Shown here: piece after piece, positions 25,107 through 33,403 of the stretch
Numbering within the stretch: position 1 is the first letter of the stretch
How the letters are laid out: each line of letters opens with the position of its first letter
DNA from: Gemmatimonadota bacterium
GTDB taxonomy: Bacteria; Gemmatimonadota; Gemmatimonadetes; Gemmatimonadales; GWC2-71-9
Direction: 5' to 3'
Assembly (NCBI GenBank): GCA_003221005.1
Contig: QHTZ01000061.1
Location: forward strand, 1-33,403
DNA: 33,403 nucleotides
Made by a program: the position numbers and the translations under genes
Notes under the pieces: generated by a model
Seen by the model: the letters and a program-made list of their open reading frames with translations, nothing else
What the model was told of the DNA's origin: nothing
The model's database searches: none

Positions 25107-26679
25107 CGCAGTCGGTCTCGTCCTCGGGGCGGTTGTCCTCGCGGCGTGGGCCGGGCGCCTCGCCGCCCAGTCTCACGCCCCGATCATCGACACCGTCGTG
25201 GTCATCAACCGCAACATCTTCGATGAGCCCGAGCGGCTGATCGGCCCGCTGACGCGCGTCGCCAACGCCATCCACGTGCGCACCCACGCTTCCGTCATCC
25301 GCCGCACGTTGTTCCTCAACCAGGGTGACCTCTTCGACTCGGCGCGTGCCGTGGAGAGCGGGCGCGCGTTGCGCAACCTGAACGTCTTCCGGGACGTGGC
25401 GGTGGACACGGTTCGCGTCGGCGGGCGCCTGGCGCTGCGGGTCGTCACGGCGGACGGATGGAGCACCAAGCCGCAGTTCAACTTCTCCAGCGTGGGCGGG
25501 GACGTAACCTGGTCAACGGGGATCGAGGAGGAGAATCTGCTCGGGACCGCGACGTCCCTCACGGCGCTGTACACCAAGACACCCGATCGCAGCACGTCAT
25601 CGTTCGCCTACCTCAACCCGCATTTCATCGGGCGGCGACCCCGCCTCTTCGGTCTGTACCAGGACTTCTCAGACGGCCAGCGCGGGTCGTGGTTCCTCGG
25701 CCTGCCCTTCTACGAGGCGTCGGCCCGGCGCTCGCTCACGACGGGCGGGGAGGCCGCGTCGAACCGGGTGCTCACCTTCCGCCACGGTGCGCTGGGCGAG
25801 CTGTTGGTCGACAGCACCGAGCGCCACGCGCTGCGCTTCACCGTGGGAGGCGGCATCGGGTTGGGGGCAACCAGCCACGGGTACGTGCGGCTGTGGGCGA
25901 ACGCGGTGTGGAGGCGCGAGGACTTCGCGCCCGAGTCGGCGACGGTGGTACCGCGATCCCTGTTCGGGGCGGTGGGCGCCGGCATCGAGATCGCCCACCC
26001 CCGCTTTCACGTGCTGCAGCGATTCAACACGTATGCACGGCGGGAGGACGTGAACCTCTCGCACGCGCTGCGCGTCGGGGTGTGGGCGGCGCCACGGGCG
26101 TGGGGGTATCCCGCGGGCCGGGCGGGCGTCGGGGCCGAGGCGTCAGCGCAGGTGAGCTCGCTGTGGCCGGGCGGGTTTGTCGTGCTGCGGGGGTTGGCGA
26201 ACGGTGTCTACAACGGTACGAGCATGGACTCCGCCCGGGCACGCGGTGGCGTGACGATCGCGAGCCAGAACTTCGCCTGGCAGACCCTCATCGTTCACCT
26301 CGAGGGAGGCGTGCTGCGGCGGCCCAAGCCCGGCGTCTATTTCGACCCCTGGGCCGACCAGACCGGCCCGCGACTGTTCGGCGCCCACGCCTTCACCGGG
26401 ACGCGGACCGTGTGGCTGGCGGTCGAAGATCGCGTGCTGGCCGTGGACGAGCTGGGGAGCCTCGTGGGGCTCGGCTTCGCGCCCTTCTTCGACTGGGGCG
26501 GCGCGTGGTATGATGACGAGCCGATGCGGACGGGCGGCGACGTCGGCATCGCGCTGCGGCTCGGGCCGACGCGGGCCGTGCGCGGCGACGTCGAGGAACT
26601 CGCCGTGGGATGGCGGTTCGGCGCGGGTTTTTCGGGGCGGCACTGGGCACTGTCGTTCCGTCGGGCAATCGCGTTCTGA
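25090..26679 (+). CDS. Omp85/BamA-TamA-like outer-membrane protein
   Basis: Signal peptide; POTRA-like IRRTL....GD.FD....ES.R.LRNL.VF; E.NLLG; amphipathic beta strands; FFDWGGAW; terminal Phe. Confidence 0.8.
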   Translation: MTPSSNAVGLVLGAVVLAAWAGRLAAQSHAPIIDTVVVINRNIFDEPERLIGPLTRVANAIHVRTHASVIRRTLFLNQGDLFDSARAVESGRALRNLNVFRDVAVDTVRVGGRLALRVVTADGWSTKPQFNFSSVGGDVTWSTGIEEENLLGTATSLTALYTKTPDRSTSSFAYLNPHFIGRRPRLFGLYQDFSDGQRGSWFLGLPFYEASARRSLTTGGEAASNRVLTFRHGALGELLVDSTERHALRFTVGGGIGLGATSHGYVRLWANAVWRREDFAPESATVVPRSLFGAVGAGIEIAHPRFHVLQRFNTYARREDVNLSHALRVGVWAAPRAWGYPAGRAGVGAEASAQVSSLWPGGFVVLRGLANGVYNGTSMDSARARGGVTIASQNFAWQTLIVHLEGGVLRRPKPGVYFDPWADQTGPRLFGAHAFTGTRTVWLAVEDRVLAVDELGSLVGLGFAPFFDWGGAWYDDEPMRTGGDVGIALRLGPTRAVRGDVEELAVGWRFGAGFSGRHWALSFRRAIAF

Positions 26680-26713
26680 GGCCTCTCAGCGCGAGGTGAG
26701 TCAGGAGGTACGC

Positions 26714-27490
26714 ATGGAGACGACGCCGCATGGGCGGGTTGCGATCGCAGCGGTCGCGTGGGCAGGCTGCGCGCTCGCCGTGACGGGACTGGTGATGGAA
26801 TTCCTCGCTGGGTTCGGATACGGCCATGGCTGGTGGGGGCTGCGGGTGGCGCTGCGTTATCTGTTCGCGTACGGGGGGATCGTCGCAGCGGTGGGGTGCG
26901 CGCTGGCACTTGTCGGCTTCCTGCTGGCGCGCGCGGGTCGCGCGCCGGGAGCCGTACCGGCGGGCTTGGGGATCGTCGTGGGGTTGGTGCCGGGGCTGCT
27001 GTTTCTGCACCAGTATCGGCTGGCACGCTCCGTCCCGCCCATCAATGACATCTCCACCGACCTCCAGCAGCCCCCCGCATTCGTCACGGCGGCGCAGAAC
27101 GAGTTCTGGAAAGGGAAGGACCTGACGTATCCCCCCGCCTTCGCGGATTCAGTGCGCCGGGGTTACCCGGATCTCGCCTCGCTGGTGCTCCCGGTCGGGG
27201 CGGGCCGCGCCTTTGCGCTCGCCCGCGAGACCGCCGCCGGGATGCCGGCGTGGGTCGTGACCGGCGCGGATAGCGCCGCCGGGCGCATCGAGGCGACCGC
27301 CACGACCCGCTGGTTCGGCTTCCAGGACGACGTGGTCATTCGCGTCACGGCGCGCGGGGGCGGGGGCGGGGCGGACAGCGCGACGGTGGATATGCGGTCC
27401 AAGTCCCGCGTGGGCAAGAGCGACGTGGGGGCGAACGCCGCTCGCATCCGGGCCTACTTCAAAGCGCTCGAACGGGCAAGCGGTCACTGA
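26714..27490 (+). CDS. DUF1499 domain membrane protein
   Basis: AGGAGG RBS; 3 TMs; PPINDISTD..PP.F; YPDL; IEATATT.WFGF.DDVVIRV; VDMRS.SRVG.SD.G.NA.RI. Confidence 0.9.
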   Translation: METTPHGRVAIAAVAWAGCALAVTGLVMEFLAGFGYGHGWWGLRVALRYLFAYGGIVAAVGCALALVGFLLARAGRAPGAVPAGLGIVVGLVPGLLFLHQYRLARSVPPINDISTDLQQPPAFVTAAQNEFWKGKDLTYPPAFADSVRRGYPDLASLVLPVGAGRAFALARETAAGMPAWVVTGADSAAGRIEATATTRWFGFQDDVVIRVTARGGGGGADSATVDMRSKSRVGKSDVGANAARIRAYFKALERASGH

Positions 27491-27529
27491 AGACCGGGCA
27501 AGGCCCTCGCTGAAACCTGCACCACCCCC

Positions 27530-27585
27530 TTGACGTATTAGAGTCAGTGCAATAATGTTCTCACTCCAAATATGACCAAAGTCAT
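27530..27585 (+). promoter_or_regulatory. Sigma70 promoter plus TetR-type operator of the efflux operon
   Basis: TTGACG (27530-27535), 17 nt, TAATGT (27553-27558); palindrome ATGAC-CAAA-GTCAT (27572-27585); TGAC-N8-GTCA over the -35. Confidence 0.7.
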
Positions 27586-27609
27586 TATTGTACCACATAC
27601 GGGTGTTAT

Positions 27610-28227
27610 ATGACCGCAGAGCCTGAAGTTTCCCGTCGCGAACGCAAGAAGGAAGAAACCAAGGAGCGGATCTTCAAGGCCGCGTTCGCCCTGTTCAAGC
27701 ACAAGGGGGTGGACGCGACCACAGTGGAGGAGATCTGCGACAAGGCGGACGTCGCGAAGGGCACGTTCTTCAACTACTTCCCCCACAAAGAAGCCGTTTT
27801 CGGCTACCTCGGCGAGGACTGGTTCGCTCAGGCCGAGGAGGACTCGACGGCCATCCTCGCAAAGCCCGGGCGCGTCGGTCCGCAGCTCATCGCGATGTTC
27901 TCGGAGCTCGCCGCCTTCTACGAAGATGAACCGGCGCTCGCTCGCTACGTCATGGACGAGTGGATGCGCAACCAACACACAGGCACGGACGAGATGTGTC
28001 AGCGGTGGGACGACTTAGCGATACGCCTCGTCGAGAAGCTGCAAGCGAACGGCGAACTGCGTGCCGACGAGGACGCCGAGCGGCTCGCGTGCGTGATTCA
28101 GTGTGTCCATCAGGGGACGATTCTCGAGTACGTCGCGTCTCCGAAGTCCCCCTTCCCTCTGAGAAAAGAACTGCGCCGGCGGCTGACTCTCGCGATCGAG
28201 GGTCTCGCGCCGCGCGGAGGCAAGTGA
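27610..28227 (+). CDS. TetR/AcrR family regulator
   Basis: RRERKKEETKERIFKAA..LF...G...TTVEEICDKADVAKGTFFNYFPHKE. Confidence 0.95.
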   Translation: MTAEPEVSRRERKKEETKERIFKAAFALFKHKGVDATTVEEICDKADVAKGTFFNYFPHKEAVFGYLGEDWFAQAEEDSTAILAKPGRVGPQLIAMFSELAAFYEDEPALARYVMDEWMRNQHTGTDEMCQRWDDLAIRLVEKLQANGELRADEDAERLACVIQCVHQGTILEYVASPKSPFPLRKELRRRLTLAIEGLAPRGGK

Positions 28228-28228
28228 C

Positions 28229-29629
28229 ATGCGCAGGTTGATGATGCCCATAGTCCTGGCGTTGGTCGCGCGTGGCGTGCAGGCACAGGCAGCCCCGACC
28301 ACCGACACCGTGCGGCTGACGCTGGATCAGGCGGTGCAGCGCGCCTTAGAGCAGAGCGTTGACATGCGGCTCGCCCGCGCGAGCGTGCTGGAGGCGAATG
28401 GCCAGGTACGCCAGGCCTTTTCAGGAGCGCTTCCCGAGGTCACGGGTTCGCTCGTGTACACACGGCAGTTCGCCTCGATCTACCAGGGGATCGGCGGGTC
28501 GGACTCGCTCGCCAAGCTGTTTCAGAACACCCCCTTCGGCGCGCCCAACGCCTGGAACGTGCAACTCCAGGCGACGCAGCTCCTCTGGTCCGGCGGCAAG
28601 GTGGGCGCCGGCGTCGCGGCCGCAAAGTCGTTCCGGCAGGCCGCCTCGTTACAGCAGGACGAAACGGCGGCGGACGTCACGTTCCGGGTGAAGCAGGCCT
28701 ACTGGAACGCGGCGCTGCAGAGCCGGCTGCTCGCGATCGCGGTTGAGAACCTTGCCCAGGCGCGCCAACACCTGCGCGAGGTGCAGCTGTACCGGCAGGC
28801 GGGTACGCGGGCCGAGTACGACCTGCTGCGCGCGCAGGTCGACGCGGCAAACCAGGAGCCCCCCGTCGTCCAGGCGCGGAACGGCTACGACGTGGCGCTG
28901 CTCGAGCTGAAGCGGCTCGTCAACATTCCCGCGGACCAGCCGCTCGTGCTCGCGAGCGCGCTCGACTCGCCGGGCGCCACGATACCGGTCCTCGCGGCCG
29001 ACTCGGTGGGCCCGCCCCAGCGACCGGGCCTTGCCGCCGCGGACGCCACCGTGCGGGAATACGAGCAGCTTCTGAAGGTGGCGCGGGCGGATCGCTGGCC
29101 CACGCTCTCAGTGACGACCACGTACAACGAGCAGGCGTTCCCCACCGACGTATCGCCGTTCGGTGCCCGCTTCCTGCGCGGGTGGAATGGCGAAGTGCGG
29201 CTGTCGTTCCCGATCTTCCTCGGCTTCAAGACCGCGGGAGCGATCGAGCAGGCGCGCGCGGTGCTGCTCAGGGCGGAGGCCCAGCGCGACGGGCTGCGGC
29301 GGCAGGTCGAGCTCGAGGTTGCTCAGGCGAGAGGAGAGGTCGAGCGGGCGCGAGCGCTGCTCGCGGCGCGGCGGGAGACGGTGCGACAGGCGCTCCGGGC
29401 GCAGTACCTCGCCGGCGTGCGCTACACCAACGGGATGGCCACGCAGCTCGACGTATCGGACGCGCGGGTGGCCGCGCAACAGTCGGAAGTGAACGAAGTG
29501 CAGGCGACGCGGGACTATCTCGTGGCGCTGGCGCAGCTCGAGCGCGCGCTGGGGCGGCCGGTCCCGGTCGTCCAGCAGCCGATCGAACGGGTGGCAGAGA
29601 TCTCCAACCTGAAGGAAGCACAGCCATGA
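28229..29629 (+). CDS. TolC-family outer-membrane efflux protein
   Basis: Signal peptide; LTLDQAVQRAL; V..AYW; G.....DLLRAQV; RY..G.ATQLDV.DA; LERALG. Confidence 0.93.
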   Translation: MRRLMMPIVLALVARGVQAQAAPTTDTVRLTLDQAVQRALEQSVDMRLARASVLEANGQVRQAFSGALPEVTGSLVYTRQFASIYQGIGGSDSLAKLFQNTPFGAPNAWNVQLQATQLLWSGGKVGAGVAAAKSFRQAASLQQDETAADVTFRVKQAYWNAALQSRLLAIAVENLAQARQHLREVQLYRQAGTRAEYDLLRAQVDAANQEPPVVQARNGYDVALLELKRLVNIPADQPLVLASALDSPGATIPVLAADSVGPPQRPGLAAADATVREYEQLLKVARADRWPTLSVTTTYNEQAFPTDVSPFGARFLRGWNGEVRLSFPIFLGFKTAGAIEQARAVLLRAEAQRDGLRRQVELEVAQARGEVERARALLAARRETVRQALRAQYLAGVRYTNGMATQLDVSDARVAAQQSEVNEVQATRDYLVALAQLERALGRPVPVVQQPIERVAEISNLKEAQP

Positions 29630-30705
29630 AGCGATATCTGATCGGAGGCGCGCTTGCGGGCGTCGTCCTCATCGGCCTGGTGGCGGCCCGGCACAGCCAG
29701 CGGGCCCGGGCGGCCACGCGCGCACCAGCGGACTCGGCCCACGTCGCCGTGCTCGGTACGAGCGACGTCGCCCGGGCGACCCGCACTGACCTGATCGCGG
29801 GCGTGCCGGTGTCCGGCACCCTCGAGCCCGCGCTCGTGATCCGCATTGCGTCGCCCATCCCCGAGGTGGTCGAGGAAGTGCTGGTCAAGGAAGGGCAGGC
29901 GGTGCGCCAGGGGCAGGCGCTGGCACGCTTCCGGACCAGCGCCGCCGAGCCGGCCGCGCTCTCCGCCGAGGCACAGCGACGCCTGGCGGCTTCGGACTAC
30001 GAGCGCATGCAGAGCCTGTTCAAGGAAGGCGCGGTGTCGCAGCGGGACGTCGAAAACGCCGAAGTGAGCCTGCGGGCCGCCGAGGCAGCCGAGGCCCAGG
30101 CAAGGAAGAAGCTCGACGAATCGACCGTACGAGCGCCCGCGAGCGGCGTGATCAGCCAGCGCGCGGTAGACTCGGGTGATCGCGTGAAGGACGGCGATCT
30201 GCTGTTCCAGCTCGTCAACACGTCCGAGCTCGAATTCGCAGCCACAGTCCCGAGCGAGTACGCCGCCGACGTGCGCGTGGGCGCTCCCGTGGTCCTGGTG
30301 GTCACCGGGGCAGCCGACGCCGGACTCGGCGGCCGGGTGTCGCGCGTGAACGCAACCGTGGATCCTGCGACGCGCCAGCTGAAGCTGTACGTCACGGTGC
30401 CGAACCACGGTGGGCGGCTCATGGGCGGGCTGTTCGCCTCCGGGCGCGTGGTGCTGCGGCAAGTGAAGGGTGGCGTGGCTGTGCCCCAGGCGGCGGTGCG
30501 CCGCGACGCGGCCGGCAAGGCATACGTGCTCGTCGTCGAGGGCGGGCGTTTCGCGCGCCGCGACGTTACGACCGGCGCGACGGACGAACAGGCGTCGCTC
30601 GTCGAGATCACGGCCGGCTTGCAGGGCGGGGAGACCGTCGTCCTCGGACCCGCGAGCGGGCTCGAGCCGGGACAAATGGTGACGATCGCCGGCGGGGAGG
30701 GCTGA
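29626..30705 (+). CDS. RND efflux periplasmic adaptor (MFP)
   Basis: VLVKEGQAVRQGQ.L; VRAP.SGVI....V..GD.V; VDPATR; G.FA; GL.GGE.VV; ATGA overlap with tolC. Confidence 0.93.
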   Translation: MKRYLIGGALAGVVLIGLVAARHSQRARAATRAPADSAHVAVLGTSDVARATRTDLIAGVPVSGTLEPALVIRIASPIPEVVEEVLVKEGQAVRQGQALARFRTSAAEPAALSAEAQRRLAASDYERMQSLFKEGAVSQRDVENAEVSLRAAEAAEAQARKKLDESTVRAPASGVISQRAVDSGDRVKDGDLLFQLVNTSELEFAATVPSEYAADVRVGAPVVLVVTGAADAGLGGRVSRVNATVDPATRQLKLYVTVPNHGGRLMGGLFASGRVVLRQVKGGVAVPQAAVRRDAAGKAYVLVVEGGRFARRDVTTGATDEQASLVEITAGLQGGETVVLGPASGLEPGQMVTIAGGEG

Positions 30706-30708
30706 GCC

Positions 30709-33403
30709 GTGTTCCTGAGCGACCTCTCTATCAAGCGCCCGGTGCTCGCCACGATGATGATTATGGCACTCGTGGTCCTCGGGCTGTTTTCCTACCGACG
30801 CCTGGGCATCGACCAGTTCCCGGACGTCGAGTTCCCGTTCCTCGTGATCCAGACGCGCTACATCGGGGCAAGCCCGGAGTCGGTGGAGCGCGAGGTCACC
30901 AAGAAGATCGAGGAGCAGGTCAATACGGTCGAAGGCCTGAAGCAGATCCAATCCACCTCGACCGAGGGGTTCTCAACCATCATCGTGCAGTTCAACCTCG
31001 GCACGAAGATCATGAACGCGCAGGCCGATGTGCGCGCCAAGATCGACGCGATCCGCCAGGATCTCCCGAAGGACATCGACCCGCCCGTGATCTCTCGGGC
31101 CAACCCGTCCGACCAGCCGATCTTCGTGCTCTCGGTGCGCGGCCAGGGGTGGGCGCTGCGTGATCTCACCCGCCTCGCCGACGAGGTGGTGAGCCGGCGC
31201 ATCGAGAATATTTCCGGCGTCGGGAGCGTGACGCTCGTGGGTGGCTTGAAGCGCGAGATCCACGTGCTGCTGCTCCCCGACCGCCTGCACGCGGTGGGCG
31301 TGTCGCCCGACATGGTCACGAGCGCAGTCGCGCGCGAGACGGGTGACGTCCCGGCGGGCCGCGTGGAGCAGGGCAACGCCGAGAACCTGGTGCGCGTCGC
31401 CGGCAAGCTGCGCGATCCGCAAGACTTCACGAGGCTCATCGTCACGACGCGGAACGGGATCCCCGTCCGGCTAGGGCAGGTCGCCCGGATCGAGGATGCG
31501 CAGGAAGAAGAGCGCGACGCCGCGTACGTGAACGGCGAGCGCGCGGTGGCGCTCGAGGTCCGGAAGACTTCGGGTGCGAACACCGTCGAGGTCACCGACG
31601 GCGTGAAGCGGGTCATCGGCGAGCTGAACCGCTCCCTCGCGAGCGGCGTGTCGCTCGTGACCGTCCAGGACAACTCGACCTGGATCCGCAACTCGGTGGA
31701 TGACGTCCAGAAGACGCTGCTCGAAGGAGCGGCGCTCACGGTGTTCATCGTCTTCCTGTTCCTGAACTCCTGGCGTTCGACGGTGATCACGGGGCTGACG
31801 CTCCCGGTGTCCGTGATCGCCGCGTTCCTGGCGATCTACGCGTTCGGGTTCACGCTCAACGTCATGACGCTGATGGCCCTGTCGCTCGCGATCGGCATCC
31901 TGATCGACGACGCGATCGTGGTACGGGAGAACATCGTGCGCCACGTGGAGCGGGGCGAAGATCACTACACGGCGGCCCGCAACGGGACCGCCGAGATCGG
32001 GTTCGCGGTGCTCGCGACGACGGCGTCCGTGATCGCGGTGTTCATCCCGGTGGCGTTCATGAAGGGCATCGTGGGCCGGTTCTTCTTCCCGTTCGGGATC
32101 ACGGTCGGATTCGCGGTGCTGGTGTCGCTGTTCGTCTCGTTCACGCTCGACCCGATGCTGTCGTCGCTGTGGTACGATCCCCAGGCCGAGGGCGGGGCGC
32201 CGCGCGGACGGATTGGGCGCGCGCTGGAGCGGTTCAACAACTCGTTCCACGGGCTGGGGCAGCGCTACCGCGGCGTGATCGCGTGGGCGCTCGACCATCG
32301 CCTCGCCACGATGGGCATTGCCGTCGCCGCATTCGTCGCGGCCATGAGCCTGTTCGGACTCGGACTCGTGGGCGGGCAGTTCATGCCGAACTCCGACAAC
32401 GAGCAGACGGCGTTGTCCCTGGAGACACCGGTGGGCTCCTCGGTCGCGTATACATCGGCCAAGGGCCTCGAGATCGCGCGCTACCTGAATTCGCAATCCG
32501 AGGTCGAGCTCACGTATACGACGATCGGCGGCGCGCAGCAGAACAACGCCGTCAACAAGGGTCAGATCTACGTGAAGCTCACGCCCAAGAGCGCGCGGCA
32601 GCGCAGCCAACAGCAGCTCGAGGCGGACCTGCGGAAGGTGCTGCCGCAGTTCCAGGGCGTGACCGCCCGGATCGTGCAGATCGGCGCGGCCGGCGGCAGC
32701 CGCGCGCCGATCGAGCTGAACCTCGAGGGACCAGAGCTGGTGCGCTTGCAGCAGATGTCCGACCGGGCCATCGCCGCCGTGCGGGACGTCCCGGGACTCG
32801 TCGAGCTGCACTCGTCGCTCGAGGGGCGGAAGCCTGAGCTCGTCGTGGACGTGAATCGCGACCTCGCAGCCCAGGTCGGGCTGTCCGTAGGCGCCGTGGG
32901 GGACGCCCTGCGCCCGGTACTCGCCGGCCAGAAGGCGGGCACATGGGAAGACGCAACGGGGCTCGCGCACGACGTCGTGGTGCGCCTCGCCCCCGAGGCG
33001 CGGCAAACCGAGACCAACGTCGCGGCCATCCCCCTCGCGTCGACTCAGACGGACCGGAAAACGGGGACGCCGGTGATGGTGCCCCTGGGGCAGGTGGCCG
33101 CGGTGCGGCTCTCGGGGGCCCCGAACGAGATCAAGCGGCTCGACTTGGAGCGGGTGGCGACGATCGAGGGGAACTATCAGGGCCGACCCCTCACGGACGT
33201 CACGCGCGACATCCAGACGCGCCTTGCGAAGCTGCAGCTGCCGCCGGGCTACCGGTTCGAGCAGGGGGGCGAGCAGAAGGACTTCGTCGAGACGGTGGGA
33301 TATATTCTCGAGTCGTTGACGCTGGCGGTCGTGTTCATCTACCTGATTCAGGCGTCGCAGTTCGGGAGCTTCCTGCAACCGCTCGCGATCATGCTGTCGC
33401 TCC
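30709..33403 (+). CDS. RND efflux permease (AcrB/MdtBC-like), 3'-truncated
   Basis: GTG start, [11 protein letters not shown]; FPDV.FP; GASPE.VE..VT; [27 protein letters not shown]; SFTLDPML; frame appears open to the window end. Confidence 0.95.
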   Translation, partial: MFLSDLSIKRPVLATMMIMALVVLGLFSYRRLGIDQFPDVEFPFLVIQTRYIGASPESVEREVTKKIEEQVNTVEGLKQIQSTSTEGFSTIIVQFNLGTKIMNAQADVRAKIDAIRQDLPKDIDPPVISRANPSDQPIFVLSVRGQGWALRDLTRLADEVVSRRIENISGVGSVTLVGGLKREIHVLLLPDRLHAVGVSPDMVTSAVARETGDVPAGRVEQGNAENLVRVAGKLRDPQDFTRLIVTTRNGIPVRLGQVARIEDAQEEERDAAYVNGERAVALEVRKTSGANTVEVTDGVKRVIGELNRSLASGVSLVTVQDNSTWIRNSVDDVQKTLLEGAALTVFIVFLFLNSWRSTVITGLTLPVSVIAAFLAIYAFGFTLNVMTLMALSLAIGILIDDAIVVRENIVRHVERGEDHYTAARNGTAEIGFAVLATTASVIAVFIPVAFMKGIVGRFFFPFGITVGFAVLVSLFVSFTLDPMLSSLWYDPQAEGGAPRGRIGRALERFNNSFHGLGQRYRGVIAWALDHRLATMGIAVAAFVAAMSLFGLGLVGGQFMPNSDNEQTALSLETPVGSSVAYTSAKGLEIARYLNSQSEVELTYTTIGGAQQNNAVNKGQIYVKLTPKSARQRSQQQLEADLRKVLPQFQGVTARIVQIGAAGGSRAPIELNLEGPELVRLQQMSDRAIAAVRDVPGLVELHSSLEGRKPELVVDVNRDLAAQVGLSVGAVGDALRPVLAGQKAGTWEDATGLAHDVVVRLAPEARQTETNVAAIPLASTQTDRKTGTPVMVPLGQVAAVRLSGAPNEIKRLDLERVATIEGNYQGRPLTDVTRDIQTRLAKLQLPPGYRFEQGGEQKDFVETVGYILESLTLAVVFIYLIQASQFGSFLQPLAIMLSL

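Noticed and set aside
31471-33378. 635-aa minus-strand ORF and other long overlapping ORFs (e.g. 6210-8144, 13913-15856, 22125-23435)
   Set aside because: Antisense or alternate-frame shadows of well-supported genes, expected at this GC content.
1-33403. Mobile elements, tRNA or rRNA genes
   Set aside because: No transposase, integrase, terminal inverted repeats, cloverleaf or rRNA-like sequence was recognised.

Overview
GC-rich bacterial window, probably Gemmatimonadota (inferred from gene content and style, not shown directly). Protein genes in order: a 5'-truncated Ig-like/cupredoxin surface protein; a LivK-like binding protein plus MCP; a hypothetical; an alpha/beta hydrolase pseudogene lacking its catalytic elbow; a Ser/Thr kinase plus ADP-ribosylglycohydrolase; a cold-shock gene; small exported hypotheticals; a minus-strand run AraC > REC > MerR-like > lemA > htpX > PlsB-like acyltransferase > archease > rtcB; a TPR protein; a pilin-like protein; an SDR; a REC/HD-GYP regulator; mqnD; a lipoprotein; an Omp85-like protein; DUF1499; and a TetR-TolC-MFP-RND operon running off the 3' end. 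Three things stand out. (1) A ~430-nt, highly structured, apparently non-coding + strand RNA with its own promoter, convergent on archease-rtcB. (2) A possible peptide-signalling module: a 45-aa secreted/lipo-peptide ending in CDTNGSDVC, a divergent AraC regulator with an AraC-type 17-bp direct-repeat site between them, and a convergent TPR protein. (3) A candidate ECF-sigma-driven sRNA with 9-nt repeats displayed in a loop. All calls come from reading the sequence; no searches were run.
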